A stretch of DNA of 64,000 bases from an uncultured virus (IMG/VR IMGVR_UViG_3300031088_000469) (IMGVR_UViG_3300031088_000469), one strand, 5' to 3'; counted from the stretch's first letter, positions 20,013 to 29,965 are shown. The notes: generated by a model from the letters alone, not told the origin. Numbers and translations: made by a program.

Positions 20013-20483
20013 CTATACCGACTTCTGCCAAATCATGAAGTCGGTACCAACGTAGTAAACAACGTGCGGGTCCACATGAGTTGCCGTGAAACCAGACGTA
20101 GAGAGAATGTGTTGCATAGATGTTGAACCAGGATGAACACTTGCGGTGAAGTGCTTCGTCCCAGATGCCATAGCATCTTCAAGCAGCCTATCAACTATCA
20201 ATCGACCGATACCGTGACCCCTAGTGGATACGTAGACACCCGAGATATATCCGGACGTTACGTCAATGAAGCCGGTACCGACAATCCGCTCACCATCTCT
20301 CGCGATGAGGCAGATACTTGAATCCAATTTTGCAAGTACATCAGTAGGGCTGTACTCACCATCAAGCCATGCTCCAATATTGGGATGGTCAAGATGGGGC
20401 GAAGCGAGCGAAACACTGGCTACATGCTCGATAACAGAGTGAACATCTCCGACATTCATCGGAGTAATTATCAGATTGACCAA
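20013..20483 (-). CDS. GNAT acetyltransferase
   Basis: LIARDGERIVG...YISGVYVSTRGHGIGRLIV acetyl-CoA motif A. Confidence 0.8.
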   Translation of the reverse strand: MVNLIITPMNVGDVHSVIEHVASVSLASPHLDHPNIGAWLDGEYSPTDVLAKLDSSICLIARDGERIVGTGFIDVTSGYISGVYVSTRGHGIGRLIVDRLLEDAMASGTKHFTASVHPGSTSMQHILSTSGFTATHVDPHVVYYVGTDFMIWQKSV

Positions 20484-20511
20484 TGCAGCTTTCCATTTCG
20501 TTTACTTCGAG

Positions 20512-20584
20512 TGGATCTAAGGGGACTCGAACCCCTGACCCCCTGCATGCCATGCAGGTGCGCTACCAACTGCGCCATAGACCC
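20512..20584 (-). tRNA. tRNA-Ala(GGC)
   Basis: Cloverleaf, G3-U70. Confidence 0.9.
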
Positions 20585-20585
20585 G

Positions 20586-20657
<72 letters not shown>

Positions 20658-20904
20658 ACAACCGCAACCAAGGCTGCGTTGTGCATGTTGTCTAGACTAC
20701 TAGACCACGGTGTACCACCGGCTGATTTTTGATAAGACATTCTGCGCTAACAGCAAGTCAACGGGAATCAGAACCCGAAGAACCCAGAAGCTTCCACACG
20801 TAGGTGAGAAGACTTCTGAAAGTAGCAAGATTTTGTGTGAGTCCATGTGCACTGGGTTCTCATTTTGTACTTGCTGTTACCGAGAGATCCTGTCCCCGGC
20901 TCTG

Positions 20905-20977
20905 AGCCACCTAAGAGATTCGAACTCTTGACCTTCCGATTACGAAACGGATGCTCTACCAACTGAGCTAAGGCGGC
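20905..20977 (-). tRNA. tRNA-Thr(CGU)
   Basis: Cloverleaf. Confidence 0.85.
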
Positions 20978-21000
20978 GAAGCACCTTGCGGTGCCGATGT

Positions 21001-21210
21001 TTAGTCCTCGTCGTAGACTGAGAAGTCAAACGTTCGAGGGAACGGGGTGAGGTTATTGATGAAGGTGTCATCCTCCATGTTGTAAACCACACTACCCGCC
21101 CGGTTGGCAGTATTTTCGAGAATCTGACCCAACCTGAGTTGTGAGTTAGCCTTCCAATACCGACGTAGTTCGTCAAGTACCAGTTCGATGCGCTGTTCGT
21201 CTCTTGCCAT
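21001..21210 (-). CDS. small phage-type hypothetical protein
   Basis: MARDEQRIELVLDELRRYWKANSQLRLGQIL; GAGG RBS. Confidence 0.7.
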   Translation of the reverse strand: MARDEQRIELVLDELRRYWKANSQLRLGQILENTANRAGSVVYNMEDDTFINNLTPFPRTFDFSVYDED

Positions 21211-21272
21211 GTGTTCCTCTTCCGTTGTGTTTCTGGAAGCATACACCGTGAGAGCATTCATCTGGATGTAAC

Positions 21273-21348
21273 TGGTGCCCCCGACTGGACTCGAACCAGC
21301 GACCTTTACTTTCGGAAAGTAGTGCTCTATCCACTGAGCTACAAAGGC
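21273..21348 (-). tRNA. tRNA-Arg(CCG), CCA encoded
   Basis: Cloverleaf. Confidence 0.85.
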
Positions 21349-21399
21349 AAAGATGATAGCTGCTTCGTTTCCGACCTGACTATCACCAGTACTGTGTGC

Positions 21400-21771
21400 C
21401 TATCTAGGCAACGAGGTTTCGAGATACATCTTCTGCATCAATTCGGCAAAGAGTGCAACGAACTCGTCTTCGTCGAGAAAACCTGCGTAATCGTCACCTG
21501 TCACACCGTTCTTGAAAGTGACGTAATCACTCTCGGGTACATGCCGAGCAGGACGACCAATTGTCAGCGAAGCGCAGTCGCTTCTAAATCGGAAATAGAA
21601 CTGAGCATACCCAAGGTAAGTCCCTGTGGCTTGGAATGGTACTGCTCCACCAGCCCTCTCAAAAGAGAGACCAGGAAAGAGAGGTTCAATCCTGTCTTTT
21701 GCGACATCAATCATCTTGACAACAAGCTCGCTGTCATCGTTCTCATTCATATCTACACTGAGCATTGCCAT
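21400..21771 (-). CDS. hypothetical protein
   Basis: ORF with GAGGGG RBS between tRNAs. Confidence 0.7.
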   Translation of the reverse strand: MAMLSVDMNENDDSELVVKMIDVAKDRIEPLFPGLSFERAGGAVPFQATGTYLGYAQFYFRFRSDCASLTIGRPARHVPESDYVTFKNGVTGDDYAGFLDEDEFVALFAELMQKMYLETSLPR

Positions 21772-21784
21772 TCCCCTCTTTGAG

Positions 21785-21857
21785 AGCCGACTAGGGGACT
21801 TGAACCCCTAACCTACGCATTACAAGTGCGTTGCGCTACCAATTGCGCCAAGTCGGC
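21785..21857 (-). tRNA. tRNA-Thr(UGU)
   Basis: Cloverleaf. Confidence 0.9.
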
Positions 21858-21919
21858 ATGTTCTGCTACTGAGTAAACAGTAGCAGAGTTGATGGTGAGT
21901 TCCAAATTGAGTACCTAGC

Positions 21920-22129
21920 TCAATAGAACACATCGATATCTGCATACGTACTAGCACCCCCGCTTGACGTAACCATGATTTCTACCGCATTGGATAGACA
22001 CAGTTCGCAACATCCGACTTCTACCACCCTGGTATCGAACGAGATACGCTCTTCATCACCAACAGTGAATCCGTTTTCTCTCAGAATTTCTCTACCCCAT
22101 GCAATCAACAACGATGACGAATTCATCAT
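21920..22129 (-). CDS. small hypothetical protein (CxxC)
   Basis: 69-aa ORF with GGAAGG RBS. Confidence 0.5.
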   Translation of the reverse strand: MMNSSSLLIAWGREILRENGFTVGDEERISFDTRVVEVGCCELCLSNAVEIMVTSSGGASTYADIDVFY

Positions 22130-22198
22130 TCACTTCCTTCCGCTTGTGTGAACCAATATTCCACACGCTTGAAGGTTGTTATGTGCTGCTGATTAGCG

Positions 22199-22271
22199 TG
22201 CGCCTGAAGGGAATCGAACCCCCGACCTGTTGATCCGTAGTCAACCGCTCTATCCCCTGAGCTACAAACGC
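22199..22271 (-). tRNA. tRNA-Arg(ACG)
   Basis: Cloverleaf. Confidence 0.9.
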
Positions 22272-22374
22272 AATGAGCGAGAAATTCGAGGATCAGTTAC
22301 CGACACGCTCATGGGTAACCGCCTATTTGGACGAAGCTTTATACACGGTTGGTTATCGTCCATTGCAACCGTTG

Positions 22375-22447
22375 TGCCCTCGGCAGGATTCGAACCTGCG
22401 ACCAAGAGATTAGAAGGCTCCTGCTCTATCCCCTGAGCTACGAGGGC
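22375..22447 (-). tRNA. tRNA-Arg(UCU)
   Basis: Cloverleaf. Confidence 0.85.
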
Positions 22448-22523
22448 GGGATGAGAGGTGTGGTCCCTCTACCAAGAGCGTTGTTGAGGCACTCGAAGTA
22501 GTTTCAACAAAACCACACCGTCG

Positions 22524-22595
22524 AGCGGATGACGAGAATCGGACTCGCGACATTCACCTTGGCAAGGTGACGCTCTACCACTGAGCTACATCCGC
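22524..22595 (-). tRNA. tRNA-Gly(GCC)
   Basis: Cloverleaf. Confidence 0.9.
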
Positions 22596-22641
22596 ATGTG
22601 GTACTTACAAACCGCTGGTGACCCAGCAACTTGCAAAACCG

Positions 22642-22736
22642 TGGAACTGATCGGGATCGAACCGATACCTTCTGAAACGCGCGCCGCTCCTTGCTCTACC
22701 CGCCACTATTGCAAATGGCTATTGAGCTACAGTCCC
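22642..22736 (-). ncRNA. tRNA-Ala-like RNA with a hairpin inserted in the D loop and an unpaired anticodon arm
   Basis: Acceptor GGGACUG/CAGUUCC-A (G3-U70); intact T arm and D stem. Confidence 0.6.
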
Positions 22737-23058
22737 ATGTATTCGGAAGCTAGGAAGCTTCATATAGCTAGCTTACCGAATCCTAAAGGGTTTGTCTAGT
22801 AAACAGTGACCCATTAGTGGTAATGCTGTAACCCCACATTACTAGGGTGCTTACTCCATCGCCACTAATCGTCGCAGCTAAGGCGGGTAAAGCAAACCCG
22901 CTTCCCAGTTACTAGCTGGGAATCAGAGCCTCAGTGAGTTTGACTACTTCGATAAGCCACTACAGCTTCTCTCGGCAACCACTTTACTGAGGTTGAGGCT
23001 TGAATCTCCCCTCACATTGCGGTAGTTAGTCGCTATGCAAGAGCTTCATCAAGCTTTG

Positions 23059-23130
23059 AGCGGTCAAATGGACTTGAACCATCAACTCTTAGCTGGAAGC
23101 TAAGTTGCCATACCCGGAGGCTCTGACCGC
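23059..23130 (-). tRNA. tRNA-Gly(UCC) with atypical D arm
   Basis: Acceptor GCGGUCA/UGACCGC-U; loop CUUCCAG. Confidence 0.65.
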
Positions 23131-23208
23131 ATGTGGTCTTTTCTTCTTCTCGTACCCGGACTAGGAGACCTTACCTACCGGGACCATAATGGCTGATCAT
23201 TTCCATCG

Positions 23209-23280
23209 AGCGGATGACGAGATTCGAACTCGCGACCCTAACCTTGGCAAGGTTATGCGCTACCACTGCGCCACATCCGC
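23209..23280 (-). tRNA. tRNA-Gly(GCC)
   Basis: Cloverleaf. Confidence 0.9.
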
Positions 23281-23543
23281 ATGTCGTGATGCACCTAGCT
23301 TATACGATTTCATCCAACGCGTTTGGATTCTTCGTACTTACTAGGTACTTCACTATGGCGCTTTCATCCATATGCTTCATAATGAAGTCTGCGAGAGCCG
23401 AATTCCGTCTCGCACCCAGGTCCGCTAGCCCTGTTTCCGGTTTAGTCTATGCAACCCCTCTACTCCGGCAGAGTCCTAACTTTTCACTGCGGTTCACACA
23501 GAGGCGTTAGGAAGCCTTCACCGTATTTCCGGTGATGCCACAG

Positions 23544-23614
23544 AGGGGATGACGGGAATCGAACCCGCGACATCAGTTTGGAAAACTGAGGCTTTACCAT
23601 TAAGCTACATCCCC
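23544..23614 (-). tRNA. tRNA-Gly(UCC)
   Basis: Cloverleaf. Confidence 0.9.
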
Positions 23615-23757
23615 ACAGAGCCTAGCTCGTATTCATGAACAACCACTGCAAGAACTACCAAGCAGTCATTATCCTAACCGGCGACTAGGGTATAAACAGT
23701 ACACACGTATCCGCACTCGGGGTAGTTAGTCCCTAAACTTCAACAGCTTCTTGTTCG

Positions 23758-23831
23758 TGGATCTGACGCGACTCGAACGCGCAACATTCTCCGTGCAAGG
23801 GAGACGCTCTACCAATTGGAGCTACAGACCC
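23758..23831 (-). tRNA. tRNA-Ala(UGC)
   Basis: Cloverleaf, G3-U70. Confidence 0.9.
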
Positions 23832-24077
23832 ATGTGTTCCGTTTCCGCACGCTTGCAATCGTTTGGCATCAAAGGGAAGTAAGTCACGGAACACGAACCT
23901 ACCGACTGTGCCGTCCACGTGGGAAGACACCCTGCAATTATCTCAAGACCTTCATCGTTACATACCGCCTGTGTCACCAGGCGCTCCCGAATCGACGGGA
24001 GAATGTTCTTTACCAGATGTTTGACGACATCTGGTGTCTTGGTTTTTACCTAAGTAGACTAAGCTACGAAGATAAAG

Positions 24078-24151
24078 CGACCCTGACCGGACTTGAACCG
24101 GCGACCTCCGCCGTGACAGGGCGGCGCTCTAACCAACTGAGCTACAAAGTC
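24078..24151 (-). tRNA. tRNA-Asp(GUC)
   Basis: Cloverleaf. Confidence 0.9.
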
Positions 24152-24209
24152 ATATTTCTAATTACGCTGTTGTGTTGTAAATATCCGAACCTCTTGACGA
24201 GATGTTAAC

Positions 24210-24238
24210 AGCTTACACACCTTGTCTCCGCTTGTCAA
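24210..24238 (-). promoter_or_regulatory. SigA-like internal promoter of the RNA island
   Basis: TTGACA-17-TAAGCT. Confidence 0.65.
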
Positions 24239-24520
24239 GCCCATTTCCATAATTCCCGTCGAAACGAAAGATTACCCACGGTAGAGGTCATCGGGGAGCA
24301 TCCCAGCCAAAGCAGGGAGTTGATGAATCAGAAGGTTGGGGCGGTTCATCCCTACCGGGGTAGGGATTGGAATGGACGTGGAGGTCGTCAAGGTTCACCC
24401 CTTCCGTAGAAGGGAATGATTGGGTCTAACGGTCGCAGCGGATCATCCCTAGCGAACTAAGGAACTTCACAATGCGAAGGTCAGGGTGGAGCATCCCGTT
24501 ACCGGGAACCTCTTGCGAGG

Positions 24521-24596
24521 TGGTGACCGTAGAGGGATTTGAACCCCCGACATCTAGCGAGTCATGCTAGCGCTCTACCAACTGAGCTATACGGTC
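24521..24596 (-). tRNA. tRNA-Val(GAC), CCA encoded
   Basis: Cloverleaf. Confidence 0.85.
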
Positions 24597-24768
24597 ATGT
24601 AGCACCTATTTCGTCGGTTGCATACGTCGGACTTCGACCGATGAATTTCATGCCGTGCGCACACCATGAAATCCAGCACACAACAGCACCGTGATGCTGC
24701 GAGTCCCAATCTTAGCACATTGTCTGCTTATTGGAACCCTACCTCATCGGAGTAGTGATGAAGTTGAG

Positions 24769-24842
24769 TGCCCCCACTCGGACTTGAACCGAGGACCGAT
24801 GCGTTATGAGCGCACTGCTCTGACCTGCTAAGCTATAGGGGC
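24769..24842 (-). tRNA. tRNA-CAU (Met or Ile2)
   Basis: Cloverleaf, anticodon CAU. Confidence 0.85.
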
Positions 24843-24893
24843 TTGTAAGACAAGAGTAACAGGGGCTTTATGCTCGTGTCAAATCGAGCATCG

Positions 24894-24966
24894 AGGCGAC
24901 GACCGGATTCGAACCGGCATAATCTTCTTTTGCAGAGAAGCGGCTGACCTTTCACACCACATCGCC
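24894..24966 (-). tRNA. tRNA-Cys(GCA)
   Basis: Cloverleaf, U73. Confidence 0.9.
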
Positions 24967-25090
24967 ATGTTGCCTAACCCGCCAACCCTATGATTTCTCA
25001 TTTCCGTTGCTTGACTTCCCTCACGGACTGTTGTGGGAAAGTTAGGACTTCTGCGAGCGTTGCAACCTTACGTACCGGATACTCGCATTG

Positions 25091-25163
25091 CTCCTCCATG
25101 TGGACTCGAACCACAAACCTGTCGGTTAACAGCCGACTGCTCTGCCAATTGAGCTATAGAGGA
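25091..25163 (-). tRNA. tRNA-Asn(GUU)
   Basis: Cloverleaf. Confidence 0.9.
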
Positions 25164-25399
25164 ATATGGTGACCAAGACTAGGCTCCTGCTGAGGGAGCT
25201 TCCGACACCTTTCACCTAATCCAACTTCTCGGGCGCTTCGCCTACGCCATGTTTCAGTGACTGCATGATGAACCACATGCTACGGTTTTCGATAGTAAAA
25301 CGATTCCGAGTCGATACCTCCCGTTAGTCCTCTGTACACAAGGCGTGCGTGCTGCCAATTACACCACTACTATCTCATCGCTGGTATCCCAACGACTTG

Positions 25400-25472
25400 T
25401 ACCCCCGGAGAATTTCGAAATCTCGACCCGCGGATTAAAAGTCCGATGCTCTAACCTCTGAGCTACGGGGGC
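25400..25472 (-). tRNA. tRNA-Lys(UUU)
   Basis: Cloverleaf. Confidence 0.85.
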
Positions 25473-25624
25473 TTATTCGGTCGGTGAGCGACTTTGCAGT
25501 ATCCCTAGCCGACCTATTCGTTGACGAGGCACCAATCCCCTTTGTCCTACCCAGCACGCAACGAAGTACCCGTTCTGGTAGTGAGATCCCATCGCAGCCT
25601 GCAAAAGCTGTATGGAATCGGTCG

Positions 25625-25697
25625 TGGCTCCGACCGGCATCGATCCGGTGACCTCGCGATTTTCAGTCGTGCGCTCTACCAACTGAGCTACAGAGCC
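25625..25697 (-). tRNA. tRNA-Phe(GAA)
   Basis: Cloverleaf. Confidence 0.9.
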
Positions 25698-25842
25698 ATT
25701 TGGTGATAGGTCAGTGCAGTACATGCCTATCACTCGCCAGTCGCTTCGTTTCTGCAAGTTCCACGACTGGGTATTGCATTCTCCGCACACCGGAGAAAAC
25801 TAAAGGTATGAAACCCAGTGTTACTACCGACCTAAGCCGGAG

Positions 25843-25927
25843 TGCCCGTACCGAGACTTGAACTCGGATGGTCCGTAAGGACCGCTAGCACCTGAAGCTA
25901 GTGCGTCTGCCATTCCGCCATACGGGC
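25843..25927 (-). tRNA. tRNA-Leu(CAG)
   Basis: Cloverleaf with long variable arm. Confidence 0.9.
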
Positions 25928-25942
25928 ATGTGTTCAACCTAT

Positions 25943-26512
25943 CTATATTATTACGTCAGGTTTGTTGCTTTCGAATGACAAGATGTATTCAATCGCATTC
26001 TGCATGATTACAACATCATCATTGAAAAAACCTAATCCTACATTGCATCCATGACAAAGAAGACCTCTAACAGCACCAGTTTTATGCGAATGATCAATGC
26101 AGGGCGGCTTTCCTATCTCAGCGAAACCGGTCTTGCAAATCAAGCAAGCAAAGTCTTGGGCTACTAGCATAGCTTCGTACTCATGGTACAGCAGACCATA
26201 CTTAATAAGTATCTTTCTTGTACGCTCAGCCTCTGATGAAATAGACCACTCTACTCTTTTACTGTCTCGTCGGCATATCTTGCATCTGCTTTGGTACCCA
26301 TCGCCTCGACCTCTATTGAAGTCGAATTCAGATACATTCTTTACCAAACTGCATTTGCTACATAGCTTCGTAACCTTCTGTGTAGAAGTCTTTTTGTTCT
26401 GGTAAGACCTAGCACACTCTTTACATTTGGAACTGTAACCAGACTTCCTTGTTTTATCTGGATAGAAGTCTGACGATATTTTGTCTGTTTTACATTTGTA
26501 ACATCTGAGCAT
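25943..26512 (-). CDS. endonuclease VII-family (homing-type) endonuclease
   Basis: Two N-terminal CxxC repeats; KYGL...Y..ML..Q...CLIC...IDHSH.TG.VRGLLC..CN.GLG; visibly AT-richer than its flanks. Confidence 0.9.
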   Translation of the reverse strand: MLRCYKCKTDKISSDFYPDKTRKSGYSSKCKECARSYQNKKTSTQKVTKLCSKCSLVKNVSEFDFNRGRGDGYQSRCKICRRDSKRVEWSISSEAERTRKILIKYGLLYHEYEAMLVAQDFACLICKTGFAEIGKPPCIDHSHKTGAVRGLLCHGCNVGLGFFNDDVVIMQNAIEYILSFESNKPDVII

Positions 26513-26542
26513 TTGGCGATACTATCGCATCTGCTGAGTTAA

Positions 26543-26783
26543 TTCAATCAACCCGTAAGCCGAGTTCTGTTTTAGACTGTCATCTGTCTGAGCCGCCTAC
26601 CCGTCTTTCAAAGGGCGGCAATTCCCTCAGACTGTTTGGCGTTGCTTACATCCTGCACCCTACTTCTTAAGCTAGGCTTAGTGGTTCTTGAGCGACAAAC
26701 CAAAAGTTTGTCTACCACACGGTAATTGCCGAAAAGCTCGGACTTTCCTAAGGCTTGCGCCCTCGACAGTCCAGTTGATTGAA
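26543..26783 (-). ncRNA. rnpB: RNase P RNA, compact (about 240 nt)
   Basis: CR-I AGGAAAGUCCGAGC and CR-V ACAGAACUCGGCUUA (P4); P1 UUCAAUCAAC/GUUGAUUGAA; P2 GACUGUC/GACAGUC; P3 with GCAA loop; P6-like CGGCAAUU/AAUUGCCG. Confidence 0.9.
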
Positions 26784-26786
26784 AAT

Positions 26787-26930
26787 TGGGTGACTGAGCC
26801 GGATTTACACCAGCGACCTCATGAGCCGTATCCTCATGAACTTTGTTACGAGCGTGGTTATCGTCTCAACCCGAGACACTCGGTATGCATCCCAAGTGTT
26901 TGTCTTTTCGCCCTACAAGCTACCAGTCAC
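26787..26930 (-). ncRNA. tRNA-like RNA with greatly expanded D arm, ends in CCA
   Basis: GUGACUG/CAGUCAC acceptor; T-like arm GCUGG-UGUAAAU-CCGGC; 6-bp anticodon-like arm with 7-nt loop GAUACGG. Confidence 0.55.
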
Positions 26931-26931
26931 G

Positions 26932-27004
<73 letters not shown>

Positions 27005-27213
27005 TTATGCAGGATTTCCCGGTTACTACCCCGGTTTACCTGCGACTGGTGCCAGACCAGTCAACCGCTCTTGCGATGGTCCTGCAAGAGAAGGCGCGCA
27101 CTAGGGTATCCCGTAAGCGACACGGGGCAATTTCTGGTATTACTACCCTCCCGTTTGGCTGGGAGACAGCCTTTCTGCTAGTAAGGCAGAAACATTCTCT
27201 CGTTTCCGAGAAG

Positions 27214-27286
27214 TGCGCCTGGAGGGACTCGAACCCCCAACCTTTTCGTCCGTAGCGAAATGCTCTATCCGTTGAGCTACAGGCGC
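27214..27286 (-). tRNA. tRNA-Arg(ACG)
   Basis: Cloverleaf. Confidence 0.9.
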
Positions 27287-27485
27287 ATTGTGTGGGATTA
27301 TGACTCTTACCAAGGAGTCGGACACCCACGACGCTCTTCACGCAAGAACGCTAAACGGGACACGCGGTCACCTCGTAGTCCATAAGGGACGGTGTTAAAG
27401 CTAACCGACAACTAGGTTACTACGGAGAACCCTACCCTTGCACTTGGTGTGTGCGATTCATCTCACTAGCAGTACTACTAATGGA

Positions 27486-27561
<76 letters not shown>

Positions 27562-27761
27562 ATGTTGACGACTTAGAGGGCAGCTAATCATTTCTACTCC
27601 CATATCGTCTGATGAGGTTAACGCTCGGTACTCATCCATCTTGCGGCACCCTTGCAACCAAGGACCGCTAGATACCGCCGGTTTCCCTTTCGGGACGAAC
27701 ATGCTCCCCCGCGCTGGTCAAGTGATTAGTTTGCCAGTTATGCAGTTTGTCATGTTCCGAG

Positions 27762-27835
27762 TGGTCGTAGGTGGACTTGAACCACCGACCCCTTCGTTAT
27801 CAGCGAAGTGCTCTAACCAACTGAGCTATACAACC
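27762..27835 (-). tRNA. tRNA-Ile(GAU)
   Basis: Cloverleaf. Confidence 0.9.
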
Positions 27836-27956
27836 ATTGCCGCTTTCACGGCGTTTCCTCTATGTAGTTACCAAAGTGGTTCCTTGTTGATATCTCTACC
27901 TTAGCAACATGTTTGTGTTGTTGTCAAGTCCAAACGAGAAAAAGTTTGGAAGTGGA

Positions 27957-28042
27957 AACGGAGGCGGGATTTGAACCACTTATGCGCGTATGAAAGCCTC
28001 TAGGTTATGAGCCTAGCAAGATACCGAACTTCTTTACTCCGT
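27957..28042 (-). tRNA. tRNA-Met(CAU)-like with insertion at the variable/T-stem junction
   Basis: Anticodon arm identical to 28681-28754; extra nucleotides interrupt the 5' strand of the T stem. Confidence 0.55.
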
Positions 28043-28045
28043 AAG

Positions 28046-28120
28046 TGACGCATACGGGACTTGAACCCGTAACCTTCGCCGTGAAAGGGCGATGCAACTA
28101 ACCAATTGTGCTAATGCGCC
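28046..28120 (-). tRNA. tRNA-Glu(UUC)
   Basis: Cloverleaf. Confidence 0.9.
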
Positions 28121-28226
28121 AGAACTCTCAATACGAGAGCCTTTGCGGACTGGATACCGCGACCACGATGCAATCATCTGCCATTTCTCTTTGTCTCCAC
28201 CGGATTCCAGGAGAGACATTGAGCAG

Positions 28227-28300
28227 TAGGGATATGCGGACTTGAACCGCAGACCTCTTCGTTATCAGCGAAGCGCTCTAACCAACTGAGCTACACCCCT
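28227..28300 (-). tRNA. tRNA-Ile(GAU)
   Basis: Cloverleaf. Confidence 0.9.
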
Positions 28301-28399
28301 AAGTGGTTGCTCCGAAAAATCTCGACACAACCGGTATTGGCGAGAGATCTCTTCGTCACTTACGGTAATGAGCCGATAGTGATGATTGAAGAGGAAGCG

Positions 28400-28472
28400 T
28401 GGAGTCTAGGAGAATCGAACTCCTGACATCCTGCTTGCAAAGCAGGCGCTCTACCAACTGAGCTAAGACCCC
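28400..28472 (-). tRNA. tRNA-Ala(UGC)
   Basis: Cloverleaf, G3-U70. Confidence 0.9.
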
Positions 28473-28680
28473 GAACAAAACCGGCATTTGAGAAGTGCGT
28501 ATCTAAACTCGGGCTTCTCGCGGTAATCTCTTACCAATTCACCTGACCTCTCGCTTTCACGCTAGGTCCAACTCGCTTGCCGGTGTCGGAACAAACCTTG
28601 CGGTTCATGCCTAGCATCTTCTAGTTACAAGCAGAAGATGCTATCTATAAATCCCAGGTCTAAGACCCTTCGTTGTAACG

Positions 28681-28754
28681 TTGCGGGGGATGGATTTGAA
28701 CCACCGACTTCTAGGTTATGAGCCTAGCGGGCTACCGAACTGCCCTACCCCGCA
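28681..28754 (-). tRNA. tRNA-Met(CAU), initiator-like acceptor
   Basis: Acceptor UGCGGGG/CCCCGCA-A; lacks the three G-C anticodon pairs. Confidence 0.85.
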
Positions 28755-28815
28755 TCACTGTTCCTCGATACTAGCACAGAGGCTATGCTCTGCACAATGG
28801 TTCGTGGAAGATAAA

Positions 28816-28915
28816 TGGTCTCGCTGCGAGGATCGATCCCCGCACTGCCTTGGACGACAGCCAATGCCCGGGCGACTGGTAAGGGGATATCACTCCCTAC
28901 CGCACTGACTGCGAC
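28816..28915 (-). ncRNA. atypical tRNA-like RNA ending in CCA, with a GUC loop
   Basis: T-like arm with GAUCGAU loop; UUGG-CUGUCGU-CCAA arm; long hairpin in place of the D arm. Confidence 0.4.
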
Positions 28916-28942
28916 TGTACAATCTACGTCAGTAACCATAAG

Positions 28943-29016
28943 CACCCCGTACCGGATTCGAACCGGCATCTTTACACATATGTGCAAACGACATTCTCCG
29001 TTAGTCGCAACAGGGC
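28943..29016 (-). ncRNA. tRNA-like RNA with self-complementary 6-nt anticodon loop (CAUAUG)
   Basis: Acceptor, D and T arms intact; no 7-nt anticodon loop. Confidence 0.6.
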
Positions 29017-29095
29017 ACCTTCCGAGTCACTTTCATCTAGAAATCGGGCGACTCTTCAGTTGAGACGGCTAAGAGCCAGTGGCTCTCACCGTTTG

Positions 29096-29168
<73 letters not shown>

Positions 29169-29286
29169 ATGTGCTGCGCGAAGACTATCTGAGTAAGCTT
29201 CCTCATACGACAACCGCAGCTTGCGCCCCGCACGGAACAATCATCCCGCCGAACTTGAATCGAGACCTTGCAAAGCCTCTCAACCG

Positions 29287-29363
29287 TACCCCCAGATGGA
29301 CTTGAACCACCGCCTCCCGCCACACACGGACGAGCGCTCTGTTCTCTACTGAGCTACAAGGGT
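29287..29363 (-). ncRNA. tRNA-like RNA with distorted anticodon arm
   Basis: Acceptor ACCCUUG/UGGGGGU; T and D arms intact; loop GUGUGU. Confidence 0.55.
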
Positions 29364-29480
29364 ATAACTGGATACTAACCCGACCCAGCACAGGCATCAA
29401 ATTGTTCTACATGAGGTTTGATGAACTCGCGTCTTGTTCGTAACCCCGTCAAGCTTTAGGGGCATTGTTGCAACATTGCG

Positions 29481-29554
29481 TGCCAACTACCGGAGCCGAA
29501 CCGGTGACCTACTGCTTTTCAAACAGTCGCTCTGTCCAACTGAGCTAAGATGGC
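29481..29554 (-). tRNA. tRNA-Phe(GAA)
   Basis: Cloverleaf. Confidence 0.85.
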
Positions 29555-29682
29555 AAGTGGGTTGATTACGCCTCAGTAGTTCAACCCTGGTGCAAAAGAC
29601 CTCCTGAGGAAGGCTACGTAGTGTCTTTCGCTAGTTATCTAACCCTCCAATGGTTCCGGAGTGCGGAGTCTTTGGGTTATCG

Positions 29683-29756
29683 TGACGCTGACGGGACTTG
29701 AACCCGCAACCTTCTGGCTGAGAACCAGATGCAACTGCCAATTGTGCTACAGCGCC
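29683..29756 (-). tRNA. tRNA-Glu(CUC)
   Basis: Cloverleaf. Confidence 0.9.
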
Positions 29757-29965
29757 ATAACAACTTTTCGCATCAGGACGATTAGCCCCTGCATCTCACC
29801 AGAACTAACTAGTGCGGATTTCTTTATCCCATGCGATGTTGTGTTCCTAGTGTGGTCTATCAACCGGCTCCCTACACCGGAATCTCCCGCCCTCGGCGGT
29901 TGGGTTGGACTTTCCCTATTGACATGTGTTTTTCAGGAGACACTAGTACGTCCTGCACATTTACT

